Below are positions 56,324-64,000 of a stretch of 64,000 bases of DNA, piece by piece. This DNA comes from Cyanophora paradoxa CCMP329 (Eukaryota; Plantae; Glaucophyta). The translations under genes and the position numbers were made by a program. Numbering within the stretch: the stretch's first letter is position 1; each line of letters begins with the position of its first letter. A model generated the notes under the pieces. That model saw nothing but the letters and a program-made list of their open reading frames with translations. It had not been told where the DNA came from and made no database searches. The DNA lies in NCBI GenBank assembly GCA_004431415.1, contig QPMI01000546.1, positions 116,657 to 180,656 on the forward strand. The letters are read 5' to 3'.

Positions 56324-59300
56324 ATGCGGAGGCCTAGGCCTAGGCCTAGGCCTAGGGGTCTGGCCACGGATCCCCCGGAGGCCCTGTGCCTCGCCCTGGC
56401 CCTGGCCCTGGCCGTGGCCCTCGCCTCGGCCGCCACCCTCGAAGTGGACCCCAAAGGCGCCGACGCCGCCGGCTGCGGGCGCGCCCCCGCCGCCCCCTGC
56501 CAGACCCTCGCCCGCGGTGCGCGCGTGCTCCGCATTCCCGCCGCAGAGCGCGCCGCCCCGCGCAATAACATGCCGCCGCGCAGGCCTTGCGGAGGCAGCG
56601 GCGGGCGACACGGTGCGGCTCGCCCCGGGCACATATTTGGAAGTCCGCCTGCAGGTCAGGCCTTCCCCCGCCCGCCCCGTCCGGCCCCGCCGAGCGGCCG
56701 CGCGCGGTGGCGGTAGTGGGCCTGACGATCACGCGCAGCCGGCGGTGGGGCGCCTGACGATCGAGGGTACCGGCGCGAGCCCCGCTGACGTGGTCATTGA
56801 TGGCGAGGGCCGCGACAGGGTACGCCCCGCCCCGTCGACTCCGCGCGCGGGGCCTGGGCCCGGGGCAGGGTCCGAGAGCGGGCGGCGGGCCGGGCGCAGG
56901 TGATGACGCTCCTGGACGGGGCGGCGGGGGCGCGGCTCCGGATGCTGACGCTGCGCGGCGGCAAGGCCTGGACCGGCGGCTGCCTCCTCCTCGACATGCT
57001 CCGCAACACGAGGCGCGCCCGCCGGCCCCCGGCGGCCGCCTCGAGCTCGAGCGCGCCGCTGACGCTGCTAGCGCGCCCCGGCCCCCAGTACTGGCGTGTT
57101 GCTCGAGGACGTTGCGTTCGAGGGCTGCGCCGCCACGGGGTGCCTCCGCCCCCTCCCCGCCCCAGCTGCGGGGCGCCGCTCAGGCGGGGGCCCGGCGGGC
57201 GCGCGGCAGGCCGGCGCCAGCGTCGACGGGGGGCGGCCCGCTGCCGTACGTGGCGAACGCGGGGGGCGGGCTGTACGCGGCGAAGGGGGCGAGCCCGACC
57301 CTCCGGCGCGTCGTCTTCCGCGCCTGCTCCGCCTGGCTCGGCGGCGGCGGCGCCTGGTTCCACGACGACTCCGGTGCGCGTACCCCCCTCCCCGTTCCCG
57401 TTCCGCCTCGCCGACCGGGCGCCCAGCGGCGGTGCTGGAGGACTGTCTCTTCGGTGCGCCCCGAATCCCCGCGCGCCGCGCGCCGCCGCGCCGACGGGCG
57501 CGCCGCAGAGAGAAACAAGGCCGACAACTTCGGCGGCGGTGCGCATGCGCGCGCGCGACCGCTCGAGCTCGCTCCGTGCGACGCAGGAACGCGTGCAGGG
57601 ATCGTGCCGGAGGGCCGGAGCGCGATCGTCGTCCGCCGCACGCGCTTCGTCGCCAACGAGTCGCCCTACGGCGGTGCCCGCCGCGCGCCCGCCCGCCGCT
57701 CCGCTTCGCAGCGCGGCGCCTCGAGCTCACGGCGCGCGGCACAGGCGGCGGGGACTCCGGTACGACGTCGACGGCGCGCTTCGAGGACTGCGTGTGCGCC
57801 CGCCGCCCGCCGCTCCGCGAGCGCCGCGCCGCGCCGCGCCGCCCGACGGCCCCCGCTGCAGCTTCGAGGACAACTTCAGCGCCTGGAGCGGCGGCGGTGC
57901 GCCGGCCCCCGCCCCGCACACCCCGCCCGGCCCGAGCCCGCGGCGCCCCCGCCTGCCCCGCAGCGTTCTACCACTTCGGCGATGACCGCATCACATTCGT
58001 CCGGCGCGCCCGCCAACGCCGGCTCGACCGCCCAGCTCCGCTCACGCCGGGCGCTGCAGGACGGTGTTCCGGCGGAACCGCGTGCGCGCGGGCGACGGCG
58101 GGGCCGTCGCCGTCACGGGCTCCTGCGCCCCCGTCTACGAGGCGCGGCCCGCCCCGCCCCGCCCCGCCCCGCCCCGCCCCGCCCCGCCTCGCCGAGCGTG
58201 CGTGCGTGCTCCGGACCCGCAGGACTGCACCTTTCTGGACAACCAGAGCGAGAAGGGTGCGCGCGCGCACGCGCACGCGCCGCAGCCCGCGGCGCCCTCA
58301 GCTCCGGCCGGCGGCGTTCGCAGGGGGCGGGGGCCACGTGACGATGTCGGGCTCCTCGTCGCTCGTCGTGCGGCGCTCGACCTTCCGCCGCTCCTCCTCC
58401 TCCCAGGGCGGCGCCTTCTACAGTGCGCGGCAGGCCGCCCGGCCCCGCCCCGCCCGCCACCAACTCTGAGGCGGGGCAGACCGGGGGAAGACGACGACGC
58501 TGCTGGAGGACGTGGAGGCGGAGGACGGGGCGGCCTCCGACTGGGGCGGCGGCTTCGTCGGCGTCTGGGCGCGCCCCCGGCCCGGCCTTCGATCCCGATC
58601 CCGAGGGCGCGGCTGAGCGGGCGGGGCGCAGGGGGACGGGAGCTCGCTGACGATCCGGCGGGGCCGCTTCGCGCGCTTCTCGAGCCGCGCCAACGCCGGG
58701 AGCTTCCTCATCCTCCAGGGCCAGGTCCACGTCGCGATCGAGGGCGCCACCATCGCCAACTGCAGCGGCGGCGCCGGCACCCTCCACGCCTCCGGCCGCG
58801 TCCGCCCCCCGCTTTCTTCCGCCCCGAACCGCGGGGCGCGCGGCCCACGGCGCCGTGCGTGCGCAGAGCACTTTCCTCATCCGCGACACCGTTTTCGAGG
58901 GTGCGCGCTCGGCTCGGAAGGCAGGCGGGCGCGCCTGCTCCGCGCCAGCCGACGCTTGCGCCCCGGCAGACAACGTGGCGAGCCGCGGCGGGGCCATCGC
59001 CGCCATCGAGGACGCCCAGGTGCGACGCGGGTCGGCCCTCTCTCGGACGTGCGCGGCGAACCGGGGCGGCAGGTGGTGGTGGAGGGCGGGCGCATGGCGC
59101 GCAACCGCGCCCGCGAGCGCGGCGGGGCCCTCTTCGTCGCCGCCCAGGCGCACGTGCGCACCGCCCCTTCTCCGCCCCGCCCCACCGGCCGACGCGGGCA
59201 GCCGACGCGGGCGGGGCCGGGCAGGTGACCCTTAACGGGACCGTCGTGGAGGAGAACGCCGCGCCCGCAGGGTCCGCTCCGCCCGCCCCGCCCCACCGCT

Positions 59301-62300
59301 CGCCCGGACCCACGCGCGTGGCCACGCGCGCGCAGGGGCGGCCTGTACGTCGAGTCGGCGCACCGCGTGGCGCTCGTAGGGGCCACCTTCGCCCGCAACC
59401 GCGCCCAGTGCGTGGGCCGCCGGGCCCGGCCCCAGAAACGAAACGCGCGCGGCTGAGGGCGGGCGGGCAGGTACGGGGCGGCAGTGGGCGTGGCGGCGGC
59501 GCTGCCGGAGGCGGCGGTGCTGGAGGCCAACGGGACGCTCTTCGAGGCGAACGAAGCCGCCTTCGCCGGAGGCGTCCTCTACGACGAGGGGTACGCGCGC
59601 TTCACACAATCCTACGAACAAGAGCTCTGGATCCGCGGCTGCGGCGGGGGCCCTGGCTGACGTCAGGGGGCGCGGGTGCAGCACGCGCCCGCGGCTGGCG
59701 CTGGACGAGGCGGTGCGGCTGCGGGGCAACGCGGCGGACTGGGGCGCGGGGCTGGCGACGCGGCCGCTGCGGATCGTGGTGAACGGGACGGGCCTCGCGG
59801 GGGCCCCCGGCGAGCCCCTCGTCGTCTCCGCCAGCCTCATGGACGGCCTCGGTTCGCCCCGCCCCGCCCCGCCCCGCCCCGCCCCGCCCCGCCCCGCCCC
59901 GCGCCGGGCGCGGCCGAGCGCCTCGCCGCAGGCCAGCTCGTCACCTCCGCGTTGCCGTGACCGCCCCGCCGCTCCAGCCCTCCGCGCCGCGCGCCCCGCC
60001 GCGCCGAGCCGCCGCGCCTGCAGGCCCGTGCTGGTCCAGCTCGAGGCACCGAACGGCCTCACCGTCAACACCCTCGCCCCCATCCAGGCCCGCTCGCCCC
60101 CCAGCCCCTGCCACCCGCCCTCGCCCTTCTCACCGCGCCTCCTCCAGGTCTTCAAGCGGGGTACGGTGCAGTTCGAGCTGGACTTCTACGTCAGCGACAG
60201 CGCCGATCGCTCCTTCCCCCTACGCCTCGTCTCCGGTGCCGCCGCGCCGGCGCCTCCCCGCCCCGCTTTGGTCGGGCGCGACCAGGCGGGGCGCGGCAGA
60301 CGCGGCGACAGCGGAGGTGAAGCTCGAGGTGCGGCCGTGCGTCGCCGGCTTCTCGTCGGTCGCGACCGCCACATCCTTCCGCTGCGTCCCCTGGTGCCCC
60401 GCCCCGCCCCGCCCCGCCCCGCCCCGCCCCGCCCGGCCCTGCTCCCCGGCCCCCGCCGACTCTGGCGGCAGCGCGGCGGGGAGCTACGGGCTGGAGGCGG
60501 ACTCGGGGTGCCGCCCGTGCCCGGCGGGGGCCTCCTGCCCCGGGAAGACCGTTCTCCTCGTGGAGGAGGGCTTCTGGCTGGAGCCGGCCTCCCTCGCCCG
60601 CGCCCGCCCCGCCCTCTTCCGCTGCCCCCGCGGCTACTGCTGCCCCGGCGGCAAGTGCCCCCCCGAGCGCCAGTGGTGCGCCGGGCCCCGGGCGCCCCGC
60701 CCCGCCTTCCGCTGCCCTCGCTGAGGTCGGCGTACTGCAGTGCCCCGCACCGCACCGCCACCCTCTGCGGCACCTGGTGGGCCCCCCGCCGCCCCCGCGC
60801 TCCCCCCGCGTGCGCGGGCCAACGCCCCCGGCCCCCGGCGCAGCGAGGAGGGCTACAGCGACTGGGGAGGGCAGTGCACGCGATGCGACACGCCGCAGTG
60901 CGCGCGAGCGCTCCGCCGCTCCGCTTGGTCGAGCTGAGCTGAGCGAGAGCACGCGAACGCGCTGCAGGTACGCGCTGCTGCTGGTGCCGATGGCGGCGGG
61001 GGCCCTCCTCGTCGTCGGCGCCTGGTTCCTCTCGTGCGCCGCCCTCCCCGCCCCGCCCGGCCGCGCCGGGCCCCTCGCGAGCCCCGCCCCGGCGCCAGGG
61101 CCGGCCTCCCCAACTCGGGCAAGGTCAAGTCGGTGGTGCGCCCCGGCGTCCCCCCTCCCGCGGCCGCCCGCGCGCCGCCCGGCCGGCCCTGGGCTCACCC
61201 GCCCCCCGCAGATCTTCTTCGTGCAGGCGGCCGCCCTCATCGTCAAGGTCCGCGGCCGCGCCCGCCCGCTGTACATGTCGCGCGCGGGCCCGGCGGCTGA
61301 GGGGCTGCGCGGCGGGGCCGGGCCGGGGCAGGACGAGGCCGGCTCCTTCGTGTCGCAGCTCAGCTGGGACTCCCTCTTCTCCTCCTCCCTCCGCTGCCCC
61401 TTCGAGCTCGCCCCCGTCCAGCGCACCCTCCTCGGCTACTGGCCCGCCCCGCCCCCGCCCCCCCCCCTCCCCACTCTAGCCCCTGACCCCCCCCCCCCCC
61501 GCCCCCCACAACAGGATCCCGGCCTTTGCCTTCGCCGGCCTGTGCCTCTTCGTCGCGGGGGCGCTCGCCGTCGAGGCGCGCGCGCCCCTCTTTGCCGCCG
61601 CCGCTGCCGCTGAAGGCTTGGCGGGCGGGGGCCGGGCGCAGGTTGTGCGGGGCCGGCTCTCGCGGAAGCGGCGGGACGGCGCGCTCCCCGTCCTCCAGCG
61701 CCGCCTCTTCGTCATGGCCTTCCAGATCGCCAGTCCGCCCGCCCCGCCCCGCCCGCCCCGTCCCGCCCGCGCCCCGCCCCGCGGCCCGTGACTGGCCTCG
61801 GGACAGCGGTGGCGTACATCGCGATCGCGAACACGTCGATCCAGTTCCTCGACTGCGTCTCCGTCGGCGACGAGTGCGGCCCCGGCCCCCGCCCCTGCCC
61901 CGGCCCCGGCCCCCGCGCTCTCCGTTATTCACACTGCGCAGGCGGGTGCTGCGGCGCTTCCCGTCGGTCTCGTGCGGCTCGGGGGAGTACCGCCGGTGGC
62001 TCCCCGTCGTCTACGTCATGCTCGTCGCCTACGTCGTCGCCCTCCCGGTGCCCCCCTGCGCCCCCCGGCCCGCCCCCGCGGCCCCCGCACCCCGCCCCGC
62101 CCCTGTGCCGACGCGGCGGCGCCGGCAGGTGGGCCTTGCGGGGCTGGTGGTGCGCCTGGGGCGGCGCGGCCTCGGCTGGCTCTACTCGGACGAGGCCGTC
62201 TGGCGCTACGGCGTCGTCTTCGCCTGCTACCGCGCCCCTGGCGCTTCTACGAGGCCCGCGCCCCCGCGCCCCGCCGGCCGAGCGCCGCGCCTGACACGGG

Positions 62301-63882
62301 GACAGGTCGTCGTCATGGCCCGCCGCATCGCCCTCATCGCCCTCGACACCGCCGTGCGTGCCCGCCCCGCCCCGCCCGCCCGCCTTGCCCCGCGCCGTCC
62401 GACGCCCGCGCCAGTTCGCCAGCGCCGACAACGCCCGCGCCCTCGCCCTCTTCCTCGCCTGCGTCTGGTGCCCCGCGGCCTTTGCCTTCCAAAGCCGCGC
62501 GGCTGAGACGGAAGCGCGCAGCTTCGTGGTGCTGCACGGGCTGGCGAGCCCGTACCGGCAGCCGCTGGACAACGCGATCGAGGCGCTCTTCCTCCTCGTC
62601 CTCGCCGTCACCTCCAGCATGGAGATGGCGACCTCCGCCGCCTTCGCCCGCCCCGACTGTCCGCCCCGCAGCCGCCGCCCGCGCCGCCGCCGCCGTCCCC
62701 GCCCGCTGCTCCTTTGAACCGCCCAGTGCTAGCCGCCTTAAAAGCCCGGCGCACATGCACCGAGCGCGGGCGCTCGACGTCTCTCACACGCGCGCGGGGC
62801 AGACGACGTGCGGGCGGTTCAGTACGTCTTCCACGGGGCGGCGCTGCTCGTCGGGGGCGGCCTCATCGCCGCCTACTACACCCGCTTCCTCCTCCGCGCC
62901 CGCGCCCGCGGCGCCGCCGGCGCCGGGGGCGCCTCCGCCCCCGCCTCCGCCTCCAACCGCTCCGCATCCTTCACTGCGGCCGGCGGCGGGGGAGCGGGGC
63001 CGGGCCGGCCGGGGCGAGCGGGCGCGGGGCCGCCTCTTGCTCGGCAAGGACGAGGAGGAGCGCGGCTCGGAGCTGACCCCGCTGCCCGGCGGCTCGCTGG
63101 ACGATGGAGCGGCCGGCCCCGAGGCCGCCGCCGGCCTGCACGCCCTCGCGCCCCGCGCCCCGCTCGCCGGCCCCGCGGGGGAGGAGGCGGAAGAGAGCTG
63201 GGCCCAGCGCCGCCCCCGCCCCCGCGCCTCCCCCTCCGTGGGGGTTGCGACCCCCCTCGCCCTCGAGGGGGTCTCCCTCCACGGCGGGGACGACCGCGCC
63301 TCCTCGCGCTCCCCCGACGGTGCGCGCTGCGCGTTCGCGCCCCGCGGCCCCGCATTCCGCGCCCGACGGCCCCGCCAGGCTCCGTGCGGGCCGCGCTGCT
63401 AGGGACGGCGGGGGCCCCCGCGGCCGCCTACGATCGGGGGAGGCCCACGCGGGCAGCGCGCTCCCCGTCCTGCGCGCCCTCTGGCGGGTGCGTGCGCCGC
63501 CTCGGGCGGGGCCGGCGCGCGCGGCTCAGCGCGCGGGGCGCGGGGCCGGCCGCAGATGACGGACCCGGAGCGGCCGGGGAGCGCGGGGGGGCGGGGGAGC
63601 GGGGCCTGGGCCGGCGAGGAGGGCTCCGACCCGCCGAGGCTCTCCGTCACCCTCCTCGAGGCGGACGCCCCGCCGCCCTCCCGCTCGCCTCGGACCCGCC
63701 TGCCGCCCCTCCCCTTCCTCCTCCGCCCCAGCAACCCCGTCCACCCCGCGGCCCCCGACAGCGAGACCCCGCGGGGCAGCCGCGCGCCCCCTCCGACCGC
63801 CGATCCCGAGGCCGCCTTCCCCCCCATCGCTGCAGCTGCGCAGGGAGACCCCGTGGCCGACCCTGCGGCCGCCCCGCGCTAG
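56324..63882 (+). CDS. Multi-exon cell-surface protein: signal peptide, pectin-lyase-like/PMP-type beta-helix, Cys-rich stalk, multi-pass (about 7) TM domain
   Basis: [16 protein letters not shown] signal; VDPKGADAAGCG..PCQTL..GDTVRLAPGTY; repeated F..N....GG(A/G) motifs; CRPCPAGASCPG..GFW..FRCPRGYC..HRTATLCGTC..GY; TM segments (IFFVQ, FPSVSCGSGEY, RYGVVFACYR, PYRQPLDNAIE). Confidence 0.85.
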
Positions 63883-64000
63883 CCAGCCGCATGTGCATGC
63901 GCACGTGGGGTAGCGCTTCAAGCTGACAGCTGCAGCTGGCGGTTGCGCCCATCGTATCGCTTATGTTTAAATATTAATGGAGAGGCCGCCGCGGCGCCGA

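Noticed and set aside
56328-56355. (AGGCCT)n run resembling a telomere-like repeat
   Set aside because: Only four units, encoding RPRPRPRP ahead of a signal peptide.
7476-63952. Hundreds of long overlapping Pro/Arg/Gly/Ala-rich ORFs on both strands
   Set aside because: Expected in very GC-rich DNA with few stop codons; they read through introns or are antisense shadows of the spliced genes.

Overview
GC-rich eukaryotic nuclear DNA with many short spliceosomal introns (typically 50-100 nt), roughly half of those I could phase opening with GC rather than GT. The style suggests an algal or protist genome, possibly a glaucophyte such as Cyanophora; this is an impression and is unverified. Most ORFs in the supplied track are GC-shadow artefacts, so genes were rebuilt by splicing by hand, and several exon boundaries and 5' ends are approximate. 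Layout: (1) about 0.5-6 kb, a nested stack of DNA transposons (three hAT-type elements with 8-bp TSDs, two MITEs); (2) a DExH RNA helicase with dsRBD-like domains and RD/RS inserts (-); (3) a WD40-coiled-coil-RING protein (+); (4) a plant-MKP1-like dual-specificity phosphatase (-); (5) a TSNAXIP1-like coiled-coil protein (+) and a weakly supported hypothetical gene; (6) the most unusual item, one apparent polypeptide combining a Par3/HAL-N-like domain, an acidic tract, a J-domain (HPD), a Cys cluster, two ubiquitin-like domains, VWA, an E2 (UBC) with its catalytic Cys and a U-box E3; (7) a single-ORF APE-RT non-LTR retrotransposon with a 15-bp TSD inserted just behind that gene's stop codon, with strongly structured 5' and 3' ends; (8) a TmcB/FXL-like membrane protein with FixL-type heme-PAS domains (+); (9) a beta-helix/Cys-rich/multi-TM surface receptor-like gene (+). 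Single-base indels in G/C homopolymers suggest long-read assembly errors. No rRNA, tRNA or CRISPR array was seen.
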